Source: a virus
DNA: 64,000 bases
Reading direction: 5' to 3' (one strand)
Virus record (IMG/VR): IMGVR_UViG_3300044970_001297
Location: 1 to 64,000 of that record
Part shown: positions 39,324 through 47,920 of the stretch, in pieces
Position numbering within the stretch: position 1 is the first letter of the stretch
Layout: every line of letters begins with the position of its first letter
Notes under the pieces: generated by a model
Told to the model about the DNA's origin: nothing
The model's database searches: none
The model's input: the letters and a program-made list of their open reading frames with translations, nothing else
Translations under genes and position numbers: made by a program

Positions 39324-39701
39324 TGTCCTAGTTCCCTTAAAGTGTTGAAAGTGAAAGTTCCATTTGATGTTCCCACCAAATGGAACGGTGAGTTTCTTCT
39401 TTTCTTAGTTCTTTGGTTTGAGAACCCTTTTCGTCTCTTGACCAGCAACATTGATGTTCCTGTATGCCACACCCTTTCGCAACTTCACCTTCTTGCCACC
39501 CTTGCCAATGAGGTTGGGTGATGCTCGCTCCCTATCGTCTCGCATCAATTCGCGATCAGCGTTCTGACGCCTTGCAAATGCGGTGTTGATTGCCCTGCGG
39601 TTCTCTAAATCTCGTCCTGGTGTGGTATAGTCTTCATCCAATAGACCAAGTTCAAGAAGTGCTGCCTCTGCCAAGATCTGTCGTGCTTCTGAGTATCTCA
39701 T
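39261..39701. repeat. 63 bp direct repeat encoding a shared leader (39261-39323 / 39639-39701)
   Basis: 3 mismatches by eye; covers exactly the first 21 codons of two otherwise unrelated genes. Confidence 0.9.
39405..39701 (-). CDS. small basic probable internal protein
   Basis: Leader MRYSEARQILAEAALLELGLLDE. Confidence 0.6.
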   Translation of the reverse strand: MRYSEARQILAEAALLELGLLDEDYTTPGRDLENRRAINTAFARRQNADRELMRDDRERASPNLIGKGGKKVKLRKGVAYRNINVAGQETKRVLKPKN

Positions 39702-39796
39702 TTTTCCATCTCCTTATGAAAGTTTAGGTAGTTGATGTGGGTTTATAGGTTTACAAATACCTTTATATGTAGAAAAAATATGGGTTGACCGTGAAA

Positions 39797-40087
39797 TCAG
39801 CCATTACCCCATACGGTGCCACGACGAGATGCGGCTTGGTCGAGGTTCTCTCTGAATCGTTTGGGAACGCCCTTGGAGACCTTCTTCATGACCTCTTTGA
39901 AATCTGCACCGGGGGTCAGGTTCATATCCACTGCTGCTGCGGGTGATCCGATCCAATCCCTTTGAATGGATTCAGAGACACCACAATGGGGACATGGATG
40001 GGAGCATGGGGTATCACGATTCGAAATGGATTGGAAAAGTTCGAATGAGTGATCGCAACGGGAACATCGGTAGTCATAGGTTGGCAT
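39797..40087 (-). CDS. FmdB-family zinc-ribbon regulatory protein
   Basis: 'MPTYDYRCSRCDHSFE.....CPHCG'. Confidence 0.85.
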   Translation of the reverse strand: MPTYDYRCSRCDHSFELFQSISNRDTPCSHPCPHCGVSESIQRDWIGSPAAAVDMNLTPGADFKEVMKKVSKGVPKRFRENLDQAASRRGTVWGNG

Positions 40088-40113
40088 GATGAAAAAATCC
40101 TCCTGTCAGGTAT

Positions 40114-40569
40114 CTATTTCGATTCCTGACGGAGGTATGCGATGTATGCACGGGATCTTTTACGAATGGCAGAATGATTGACGGGTAGGTGCCACTCTCG
40201 TATGAGTCTGAGGGAATCCCGTTCGGTGTGTTCCTCTAGGGTGACATAGGATTCCCCTTCGATGGATTCGCCGTCATGGAGTTTCTTCCAAATCGAATCC
40301 CCGTTCTTCCATTGAAGGAAATGGCAATACTCATGTATGAGATTCGTCAGAACATTGATGGGTTTTCTATTACCCGTTCCTACTCTGATGATGCCCCATT
40401 GGGATCCTCTCGGTTCTTCGAAGTACCCCGCTGCGGAGTGTACATTGTTGAACCTGACGGATCTACCCTTGGAGAACTTGAGATGCACTCTATGAGTTTG
40501 GAGGTCGTGACGAATGAACTTTAGGAAGTTCTTCGCTTCGGGGCTTGAGTTGCTGAGTGTACGAATCAT
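40114..40569 (-). CDS. zincin-like HEXXH protein
   Basis: 'LIHEYCHFLQW...LEEHTE'. Confidence 0.6.
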   Translation of the reverse strand: MIRTLSNSSPEAKNFLKFIRHDLQTHRVHLKFSKGRSVRFNNVHSAAGYFEEPRGSQWGIIRVGTGNRKPINVLTNLIHEYCHFLQWKNGDSIWKKLHDGESIEGESYVTLEEHTERDSLRLIREWHLPVNHSAIRKRSRAYIAYLRQESK

Positions 40570-40602
40570 GGCGTATTCCTCATCTCATTTCCCCTCCTAG
40601 TT

Positions 40603-40920
40603 CTATCTAGGAATCTTTGCCCATTCCTCTTCGTACTTCCATCCATCCGAAAGGAAGAGTCGCCACATCACCCTTGCCTGTTCCAGATTCCATCTGGTGC
40701 TTAGACCAGTGGTCACCATGCGGTTTCCTAGAAGTCGGACTTGCTTCGGCCCATCGTATGAATAGCCATCTTCGTACTTCGTATACGCGGCCATCATGAT
40801 GAGAGGGGTTTCGTAATCCTTGTTTTCGATGATCAGGAAGAGCAGCCCCTGATCCCCCTTGGTGAGCCAGTGGGATTCGATTGCCTGTTCGTCTTCGGTG
40901 AGGTGGGTTGCGATGGTCAT
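40603..40920 (-). CDS. hypothetical protein
   Basis: SD GGAGG plus the shared ACAATG motif. Confidence 0.55.
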   Translation of the reverse strand: MTIATHLTEDEQAIESHWLTKGDQGLLFLIIENKDYETPLIMMAAYTKYEDGYSYDGPKQVRLLGNRMVTTGLSTRWNLEQARVMWRLFLSDGWKYEEEWAKIPR

Positions 40921-40940
40921 TGTGGGTTTCCTCCTTTGGT

Positions 40941-43436
40941 TCAGGCGACGATGTCCATGAGGCGGTTGATGAACATGCGGTTCGTCTCGTCGCGCTTCAT
41001 GGCAGCGATGAAGGCACGGGTCGCAGCGACCTTCCTGTTCTTCAACTTCTCAAACTTCGCATCCTCGTTCTTCGCGATCTCCTCGGCGCGACGGCGATCC
41101 TGCACCTGGACGAAGAAGTAGGAAGCGTATCCCGAATTCGGGTTGTTGATCGCGACGAACTTCTCGGCATCGAACTTCTCACGGAGGACCTTCGTCTTCT
41201 CCAAGCGGGTGGTGTAATCGTCCTTGTCGGCAGTCGCGAGACGATCAAAGGTCGAGCAGTACGAGAGGCTCTGCATCATCATGATGCCGACCACATCGCA
41301 TCCCGTGGCATCCTTGAACATGTTGACCACCGCGGTGTTGCCGTGACCCGTATGACGGCGACCGTTGGCGGCATCGATCATCACCTTGGAGACATGGCGG
41401 TAGTGACCACCGGTGTTCTTGCTCTTGCTGAGATCCTCAGGAGTGTTGACGCGGTTGATGACGCTCATGCCTTCGCCATCGGTGAGGGTGATGAAGGTCA
41501 CCTTGGTGTTGCTGGACTTTCGGAAGTTGTTGACGATGTCACGCATGGCAAGGATCGACTCGTCAAGCGGGGTCGTGCCAAGCATCAGCGAGTCAACGCA
41601 CTCGACCTGAGAGTAGCGACCGCTGACCATCTTGGCGAGGAGCGAGAGGCGACCCATCACCCGCGCGAACTTCTTGTTGTCCATGTTCTGGTTGTAGACC
41701 TGAACAAGGCTGAACGCCTCAAAGGTTGCCGTGTATCCCTTCGCAACGGTGCCAGCGGGGAGGTTGCAGACATGCTCGGTGAAGAGGCGACGCTCGTCAA
41801 GCGCACACCAATTCACGCGGGACGATCCACCGTAGCGAAGCGCGTCGGCGCGGGTCGGCTTCTTGCCGTCCTGATCCGCAGGGAAATGCTTGTTGTTCTT
41901 CGCGAAGAGGTCATCCGCGAACTTGCTGTACATGCTGTTGAAGAAGTAGACCTCGGCAGGGATTCCGACGCGACGGCAGAACATCAGGAGAGCCGCGAGT
42001 TGGCTCACGGTGTCGTTGAGCATGACGCTCATCGAACCCGACCAGTCGAGGAGGATCACGATGCCGTGGTTCTTCTCGTCGCGCTTGATGGTCATGCGCT
42101 CAAAGATGTCCTCGCTGAACTTGTACTTGGCAAGGTTGCGGCAGGAGATGCGACCCGTCTTCGCGCTCGACTCGCGAGCGTAGTTGCGAGCCGCACGACG
42201 CACTTCGAAGCGACGGCACATCTGGTCGACCGCACGACGGTTCTCCGCGACGAGTTCCTTGAAGGCTTCCGCTGCCGCCTTGTCGAGGTGTTCCGACACG
42301 CTGCCCGTGATCTTGTGGTACTTCGACGGAACGCTCTGGTTCATCAGGTCGATGAACTCGTCGCTGCTCACGACGATCTTCGAAGTGTCGATCTGCGGGA
42401 CGCGGATGGCGTGTTCGACAACCTGGTTGTTGACGAACTTCTTCATGGCCTTCTCCATCTCGCCAACGGTCGAAGCCGCATCGGGAGCGTACTGCTGCGC
42501 CTCGACCTCTTCCTTGCCGCCATCGGTCTCGTCTGAGGCTTCGGCAGTCGAGCCATCGTCCTGAGCCGATTCGTCGCCGTCGTTGCCACTGGACGAATCC
42601 TCGCGCTCGCCGTTGCCCTGCTCGTCGCTACGCTCGCTCTTGTCCTCGGCACCCGCTTCGCGAGTCTCGGACGAATCGGTCTTGTCGTTGCCGTCCTCGC
42701 GGGAAGCAGCACCTTCGCGCTTCTCCTCGCCGTTGTCGCCGTCCTGCTCGGACGAAGCCGAACCGCTCTGCTGCTTGCCGTCGCTCTTGGTCTGGTTGGT
42801 GCGGCTTCCCTCGCCCTGCTCCTCCTCGCGCTCGCGCTTCTGGTTCTTCGCGAACTCGTAGACCTCGGCAGCGATGGCGGTGACATCATCGAAGGTACGC
42901 GCCGCGTTGATCGCGTCCACGAACTTCATCTCCTCCGCGCTGAAGGGAACCTGAACGCCAAGGTGGATGCCCATCTTGAAGTGGATGTTCAGGCGGTCGA
43001 TGGTCGAGAGGGAAGCGAGGTCGCGACCCTTGAGGTTGAAGGCATCCATGGTGCTGAGGGCCTGGTAGCCGTTGATGAAGTCGCGGCGAAGACCAGGAAA
43101 CTCGCGCTTGATCATGCGCTCAATGCGAGCGTCTTCGATCACATTGATGTAGTCCTTCGCGACCATGGCATTCTTGGTGCCGCCGATGCGGATGCTGGCT
43201 TCCTTCCACGCATCGGCAGGAGTGTACTTGGCATGGCCGACCTCATGGCCGACAAGGAAGTCATAGACGCTCTGGTCCTTGTTGTCCCACTGCGGCAGAA
43301 CAAGCCGACGCGAGTCGAGTTCGAAGTAGGCAGTCTCGCACTCATGCGAGTGTTCGACGGTGAGGTTCTCCGACGCGAGCAGACGCGCCATGATGGAATT
43401 GCGAGCGGTGTTTGCGGTGTTCATGGTAGTAGCCAT
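40941..43436 (-). CDS. CobT-like protein: N-terminal HEXXH metallopeptidase, acidic linker and VWA domain
   Basis: 'LLASENLTVEH', 'GHEVGHAKYTP', 'NVIEDARIER', MIDAS 'LLDWSGSM', 'GTTPL', 'LTDGE'. Confidence 0.85.
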   Translation of the reverse strand: MATTMNTANTARNSIMARLLASENLTVEHSHECETAYFELDSRRLVLPQWDNKDQSVYDFLVGHEVGHAKYTPADAWKEASIRIGGTKNAMVAKDYINVIEDARIERMIKREFPGLRRDFINGYQALSTMDAFNLKGRDLASLSTIDRLNIHFKMGIHLGVQVPFSAEEMKFVDAINAARTFDDVTAIAAEVYEFAKNQKREREEEQGEGSRTNQTKSDGKQQSGSASSEQDGDNGEEKREGAASREDGNDKTDSSETREAGAEDKSERSDEQGNGEREDSSSGNDGDESAQDDGSTAEASDETDGGKEEVEAQQYAPDAASTVGEMEKAMKKFVNNQVVEHAIRVPQIDTSKIVVSSDEFIDLMNQSVPSKYHKITGSVSEHLDKAAAEAFKELVAENRRAVDQMCRRFEVRRAARNYARESSAKTGRISCRNLAKYKFSEDIFERMTIKRDEKNHGIVILLDWSGSMSVMLNDTVSQLAALLMFCRRVGIPAEVYFFNSMYSKFADDLFAKNNKHFPADQDGKKPTRADALRYGGSSRVNWCALDERRLFTEHVCNLPAGTVAKGYTATFEAFSLVQVYNQNMDNKKFARVMGRLSLLAKMVSGRYSQVECVDSLMLGTTPLDESILAMRDIVNNFRKSSNTKVTFITLTDGEGMSVINRVNTPEDLSKSKNTGGHYRHVSKVMIDAANGRRHTGHGNTAVVNMFKDATGCDVVGIMMMQSLSYCSTFDRLATADKDDYTTRLEKTKVLREKFDAEKFVAINNPNSGYASYFFVQVQDRRRAEEIAKNEDAKFEKLKNRKVAATRAFIAAMKRDETNRMFINRLMDIVA

Positions 43437-43444
43437 ATGCTGTA

Positions 43445-43473
43445 AGTATACATTACATCGGCACTTAGGACAA
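43445..43473 (-). promoter_or_regulatory. sigma70-type promoter, near-leaderless
   Basis: TTGTCC-N17-TATACT, 8 nt before the ATG, no SD. Confidence 0.6.
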
Positions 43474-43510
43474 CCCACTTGAGCGTAGGGAATGAAATAC
43501 GGGCAAGATT

Positions 43511-43537
43511 GTAAGTCTTGGGAATATCAGGACTTAC
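43511..43537. promoter_or_regulatory. 27 bp palindromic site GTAAGTC-N13-GACTTAC (copy 1)
   Basis: GTAAGTC TTG GGAATAT CAG GACTTAC, about 40 bp upstream of the -35. Confidence 0.7.
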
Positions 43538-43843
43538 GCAGAATGGCTGAAATCGGGCTGATTCGGGGGCATTATTCGGACGCGGGACGGGGCAAGAATC
43601 TTTGGAAATCTTGCTGGGAACAGTGTTTTCGGGCTTGACGGCGGGTCTGGAATTTGGCATTGCCGTCTTCCCCATTTCCCACTCCCAGACATTTCCCAAA
43701 CTCCCCATCTCTTCCTATCGCATTCACTCAGACACCCCCCTACCCCCTCCCCCCACTTTTATTTTGCCCTATGTTGAAAATGCAAAATCGGCTTGGCAAT
43801 TTTTTCTCACCAAACCGATTTCCCAAAGTTCCCATTCCTGTTC

Positions 43844-44020
43844 CTACTTGCCTCTGCGGAGTGCGGCTACCTTTCCAAACAGGTACTCCACCGCATCATA
43901 GACGAACAGAGCCACATTCACCACAACGACTGAGGCTAGGAGCATCGTGTACATCGGAATGTACAGAAGCGCATCCTCGGTCTTCCACTTCAGCAGTTGC
44001 CATCTTGTCGGTGTTTGCAT
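43844..44020 (-). CDS. small membrane protein (58 aa, not in ORF track)
   Basis: MQTPTRWQLLKWKTEDALLYIPMYTMLLASVVVVNVALFVYDAVEYLFGKVAALRRGK. Confidence 0.45.
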   Translation of the reverse strand: MQTPTRWQLLKWKTEDALLYIPMYTMLLASVVVVNVALFVYDAVEYLFGKVAALRRGK

Positions 44021-44754
44021 AGTTCCAATCCCCTTCCGATGTCACGAATGTATGTGAGGTTCTCCTCATCCGTCCAACACCCGCAGTTCATGTAGTGGAT
44101 CTTTCCGATCATCTTGTCCGCTGGCTCATGGATGTGTCCGCAGATCACTCCATCGTACCCATGCTTCTCTGCGTACTCGGCAAGATGCCTTTCGAAACTT
44201 CCTATGAACATCGTTGCCTTCTTGAACTTGACCTTTATGAACTTTGACAATGACCAGTATCGAAATCCAAGTTTCCGCCTCACCCAATTGTACCAGTCGT
44301 TCACCTCTATCAGGAGTTCATACCCGATGTCCCCGATCTTGGAGACGAATGTCCCGATCTTGTACTTGCACACCAGATCGAACTGGTGTCCGTGCAGGAC
44401 AAGGTAGCGGCGACCGTCTGATGCCGTGTAGTCGCACCGCTCATGCAGATGGATTCCACCGAACGACCTCGACTCTGAGAACCGATGCATGAACTCGTCA
44501 TGGTTTCCCCAGATGTAGTGGACTTCACCAGACTTCCCCTTCTTCAGCAACTTCCGTATGCAATCGACATGGTCTGTCTGTGTCTTTGCATCCATTCGAA
44601 ATGCCTGTTGGAATCGCCAGATGTCGAGGATGTCGCCCACAAGGAAGACATTGTTCGATTCGTCCTCCTTGAGGAACTCCTTCAGTCTTGCGGCTTTGCA
44701 CTTGTTCGATGCGAGGTGGAGGTCTGAGATGAAGAGAGCGGTCTTTGTGGGCAT
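43990..44754 (-). CDS. calcineurin-like metallophosphoesterase, LpxH-like (UDP-2,3-diacylglucosamine hydrolase family)
   Basis: 'FISDLHL', 'LVGDILD.W', 'WGNHD', 'LHGHQFD', 'ICGHIH', 'YMNCGCW'. Confidence 0.85.
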   Translation of the reverse strand: MPTKTALFISDLHLASNKCKAARLKEFLKEDESNNVFLVGDILDIWRFQQAFRMDAKTQTDHVDCIRKLLKKGKSGEVHYIWGNHDEFMHRFSESRSFGGIHLHERCDYTASDGRRYLVLHGHQFDLVCKYKIGTFVSKIGDIGYELLIEVNDWYNWVRRKLGFRYWSLSKFIKVKFKKATMFIGSFERHLAEYAEKHGYDGVICGHIHEPADKMIGKIHYMNCGCWTDEENLTYIRDIGRGLELCKHRQDGNC

Positions 44755-44765
44755 GTTGCAGATAT

Positions 44766-44891
44766 CTATCGCCTCAACATGTTGTCCATGTCCTTGCGGA
44801 TCTCCTGCACGATCATGTGGATCTTTCCAGCGTACCACCCCGCACCGAATGAACAGATTGCGAGTCCGATTGTGAGAATCATCTCTGTCAT
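44766..44891 (-). CDS. small membrane peptide (41 aa)
   Basis: MTEMILTIGLAICSFGAGWYAGK...; SD GGAGG. Confidence 0.5.
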   Translation of the reverse strand: MTEMILTIGLAICSFGAGWYAGKIHMIVQEIRKDMDNMLRR

Positions 44892-45109
44892 GGCTGTTCG
44901 CCTCCGTAGTTAGTGAACCGTCTCCAACTCCTGCCCTGCAACACCTTGTATGCGTCTTCTACGAGTTTCGCAAGTTCCACGGTGTTGCCCGTTCGCGTCT
45001 CTGGGTTGTAGTAGCCGTCCCAATCCACAAGCAGGATCGAAGCGTTCGTGATCCGCTCCTCAAGGTCCTTGACCCGATTCTGAAGATTGGTGATTTCGGC
45101 ATCAGGCAT
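44888..45109 (-). CDS. hypothetical protein
   Basis: Coupled operon ORF. Confidence 0.5.
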   Translation of the reverse strand: MPDAEITNLQNRVKDLEERITNASILLVDWDGYYNPETRTGNTVELAKLVEDAYKVLQGRSWRRFTNYGGEQP

Positions 45110-45473
45110 TGATTGCATAGTTGTATCCTTGGCTGGAGTTCGCATCGTCTCGCGCACAGAACTCATCCTGCACCATCTCAATGTGTGGGCTGTAGTCTGT
45201 CTTCGCAAAGCCTTGCTCCAGCAGGGCAGTGTAGATCTCCCGTGCCACATCGATGTGCATCTTTCGCACTTCTCCCGAATGCCGAAAGACGAACTTGCAG
45301 TACGAGTATTCGCCCTTGATGAATATCTGATATCCCGTCACGGGGTCGAAGAAGATCTGGTTTCCATCCACTCGGACCTGGTAGTGATCTCCCCAATCCT
45401 GAAACGAGAAGACGAGATTGGGGCGACCTTGCGAATCGTTTAGCAGCAGGGTGTGTGTCTTTACTTCCTTCAT
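45102..45473 (-). CDS. hypothetical protein
   Basis: Coupled operon ORF. Confidence 0.55.
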   Translation of the reverse strand: MKEVKTHTLLLNDSQGRPNLVFSFQDWGDHYQVRVDGNQIFFDPVTGYQIFIKGEYSYCKFVFRHSGEVRKMHIDVAREIYTALLEQGFAKTDYSPHIEMVQDEFCARDDANSSQGYNYAINA

Positions 45474-45823
45474 TGCTTCGAAACCTCATACTTCTTTCCG
45501 TTGAATCCTTCGTGGGCAACCATCGACTTCCAGAGTTTCCTCAACACTTCGATGTCGTAGTACTTGTTCCCGATGAAGTCCTTGTTCTCCTCCTGCACAT
45601 CGGTCAGGCATGACCATGAGAACACCATGGTCGGTTCGCCAGGCTCTTGTCCGCAGTACTGCACGACCTTTCCGCAGTACGGAGTTCCATGATAGTCATT
45701 GTAGATCGTGAACACCATCATGCTTCGCGGACGAGAGTACTGTCCATTCTCAAGCACCTCCTCGCGGACAAGGATATGAATCGAATCGGCAGGAGCGAGG
45801 TCGTGAAGATCGTACTTGCTCAT
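45470..45823 (-). CDS. hypothetical protein
   Basis: Start MSKYD with SD GAGGAG. Confidence 0.55.
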   Translation of the reverse strand: MSKYDLHDLAPADSIHILVREEVLENGQYSRPRSMMVFTIYNDYHGTPYCGKVVQYCGQEPGEPTMVFSWSCLTDVQEENKDFIGNKYYDIEVLRKLWKSMVAHEGFNGKKYEVSKQ

Positions 45824-45836
45824 TGTTGGATTCTCC

Positions 45837-46148
45837 TCAGGCGTTGGAGCGGATCGCGGAGGGCATGGTCGATGCCGCATGGATGAACTTCGCGACCTCG
45901 TTCGTTGTGAGATGCCCAAGGACATTATCGCTGTTGTAGTCGAAGCCCGTGACATGCACCCACTCATGCGTATCGGCATCCCATGCCGCGACCTCTGCGG
46001 TGGTCTTGCCATCGGAGTAGTTGTGGTTTCCCCAACGGATGGAAACGGTGATGCGGTTCGCGAAGGTCATCGTGAAGCCGCGATTGTAATCGGTGGTGAC
46101 AAGGTTCAGACGGTTGAGGGAATCGGAGATGGAATTCTTGTTCGTCAT
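45837..46148 (-). CDS. conserved phage hypothetical protein
   Basis: 'GFTMTFAN.ITVSIRWG..NY...TAEVAAW'; shared GGAAACACACAATG start motif. Confidence 0.6.
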   Translation of the reverse strand: MTNKNSISDSLNRLNLVTTDYNRGFTMTFANRITVSIRWGNHNYSDGKTTAEVAAWDADTHEWVHVTGFDYNSDNVLGHLTTNEVAKFIHAASTMPSAIRSNA

Positions 46149-46170
46149 TGTGTGTTTCCTTCTGTGAGTT

Positions 46171-46383
46171 TCACCGACCACGCGCATACTCGCGCTCAAG
46201 CCTCTCTGCTCCCCGCGATGTCCGTGCCACGAAGAGTTCACCCGCGGTCTTGTGCGAGTAGATGATTCTCGCATGGTACTTGAATGTGTGCTTGTCGCTG
46301 CACTTCACGCAGTGCTTCGTCTCTGGCAGGAACTCAAGTCGGGCATTCGGGATCTCGTTTCCGCAGTCTTCGCAATCACGCAT
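46171..46383 (-). CDS. DksA/TraR-type C4 zinc-finger protein
   Basis: 'CEDCGNEIPNARLEFLPETKHCVKC'. Confidence 0.8.
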   Translation of the reverse strand: MRDCEDCGNEIPNARLEFLPETKHCVKCSDKHTFKYHARIIYSHKTAGELFVARTSRGAERLEREYARGR

Positions 46384-46576
46384 ATGCGATCCTTTCGAAT
46401 GAGAACTTCACGGTCTTGCGTTCGATCCGCGCCTCTGCATCGTCGTGCATCTTGCGCTGCTTGATGATGCCCTTGCCGTTTCCGAACGGCTTGCAGATCG
46501 TGCGGTTGTGCTTCGTCACCGCTGTACCTTCGCGCTCCGCTTCCAAGTCGAACCTGTCGATGACTCGCTTCGGCAT
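46376..46576 (-). CDS. hypothetical protein
   Basis: SD AGGAGG; strong promoter upstream. Confidence 0.6.
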   Translation of the reverse strand: MPKRVIDRFDLEAEREGTAVTKHNRTICKPFGNGKGIIKQRKMHDDAEARIERKTVKFSFERIAYA

Positions 46577-46596
46577 TGCGAACCTCCTGTACGACC

Positions 46597-46625
46597 ATCT
46601 TACCTCGGGGCGAAATCCATGTCAA
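46597..46625 (-). promoter_or_regulatory. sigma70-type early promoter
   Basis: TTGACA-N17-TAAGAT. Confidence 0.7.
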
Positions 46626-46701
46626 GCCCCAAGACGAAACCAAGAAAGCACACGAAAAGATTCAGAACCATTGTGTGTTTCCTTCTGTGAGTTTTCTCAA
46701 A

Positions 46702-46774
46702 CGCTCCCGATAGGATTCGAACCTATGACCTGGTCTTTAGGAAAGACCCGCGCTATCCTCTACGCTACGGGAGC
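46702..46774 (-). tRNA. trnR: tRNA-Arg(CCU)
   Basis: Cloverleaf GCTCCCG..CGGGAGC; anticodon arm GGTCT-TTCCTAA-AGACC; GTTCGAATC. Confidence 0.9.
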
Positions 46775-46781
46775 AGTCCAT

Positions 46782-47147
46782 TCACGCGCCCTTGACGAGC
46801 ATCGAAGGCAACTTCCACTCTTCGATGTTCTTGCTGTCCCGCACCCAATAGAACACGGAGTCGTTGTCATCCACCATGAGGGTGCCGTGGCATTCGCGCA
46901 GCATCTCGTCGCACTCGCTGAGGATCGCGGTCCTCGTATCCTTCGGGAGGTCGAGGATCTCGTCCTCCGTGATGATGATGTTCGCGAAGGAACCAGGCGG
47001 AAGCCATGCAATCGGATCCTCTGAGAAACACGCATTCCCCCGAATGCCCTCAAGCCATGCGACGAGATCGCAGACCTGTTCGAAGGGCGTGGTCACGATG
47101 TACGAAATCAGATTCTCCGCGACGAGAAGGAACTTCACCTTATCCAT
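46782..47147 (-). CDS. hypothetical protein
   Basis: Operon ORF with SD. Confidence 0.55.
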   Translation of the reverse strand: MDKVKFLLVAENLISYIVTTPFEQVCDLVAWLEGIRGNACFSEDPIAWLPPGSFANIIITEDEILDLPKDTRTAILSECDEMLRECHGTLMVDDNDSVFYWVRDSKNIEEWKLPSMLVKGA

Positions 47148-47544
47148 TCGCAGCACCTTCCTTTCCGATCAGTTCACGAAGCAGGAGATCGTCGCCATCG
47201 GTGTCGTTGAGGATGCCCTCGACACGGAGCATCATCGTCTCACCGAAGTTCTCCTTCATGAAGTTGGTGAGTTGGAGGTTGAGAGACTTCGACTTCGGAT
47301 CCATCGGAATGTTTGCATTCTGATAGACGATGTAGTTGTTTTCGATGATCTTCGAAAGGATCTTCGAAATCTCGTTGAGAGAGAACACAGAGATTCGCGC
47401 CTCGTTGTACTTGTTCTTGAGACGGCGATTCTCATCATTGAGCGCGAGGATCTTGGAGACGATGATCTTCTTGCCCACCTCGCTCTCCATGCACTTGAGG
47501 ATGGCAGTTTCGGCAACGGTCTTTGCGGTGGAGTTGCTGCTCAT
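47140..47544 (-). CDS. hypothetical protein
   Basis: Start motif GGAAACTCGCAATG. Confidence 0.55.
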   Translation of the reverse strand: MSSNSTAKTVAETAILKCMESEVGKKIIVSKILALNDENRRLKNKYNEARISVFSLNEISKILSKIIENNYIVYQNANIPMDPKSKSLNLQLTNFMKENFGETMMLRVEGILNDTDGDDLLLRELIGKEGAANG

Positions 47545-47599
47545 TGCGAGTTTCCTTTGTTTGTTTTCGTGTTCTCGGAAAGACAGACTACGCACTCAC

Positions 47600-47896
47600 T
47601 CACTCGTCATCGTCAAAGTACTCATCTTCGTCCTCGCCCTCCCACTCTTCCTCTTCGTCATCTTCGAACTCGTCTTCCTCTTCCTCGCAGTCGAGGTCTT
47701 CCCACTCGTTCTCCTCTTCCTCGTCTTCGAAGTCATCATCGTCATCGAACTCGTCATCGTCTTCGAAGTCTTCGCCGTCCTCGTCTTCGTCCTCCTCCTC
47801 GTCCCACTCGCTCTCGTCATCGTCGTAGTCCTCCTCAAGCGCAATGAGGGTGCGGTCGAGGTGGTCGCGGTAGAAAGTATCTTCGTCGTTGCTCAT
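47600..47896 (-). CDS. extremely acidic small protein (nucleic-acid mimic candidate)
   Basis: About 78-residue D/E tract punctuated by F/W/Y; shared start motif GAAACACACAATG. Confidence 0.7.
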   Translation of the reverse strand: MSNDEDTFYRDHLDRTLIALEEDYDDDESEWDEEEDEDEDGEDFEDDDEFDDDDDFEDEEEENEWEDLDCEEEEDEFEDDEEEEWEGEDEDEYFDDDE

Positions 47897-47920
47897 TGTG
47901 TGTTTCTCTCTTTCTCAGTT

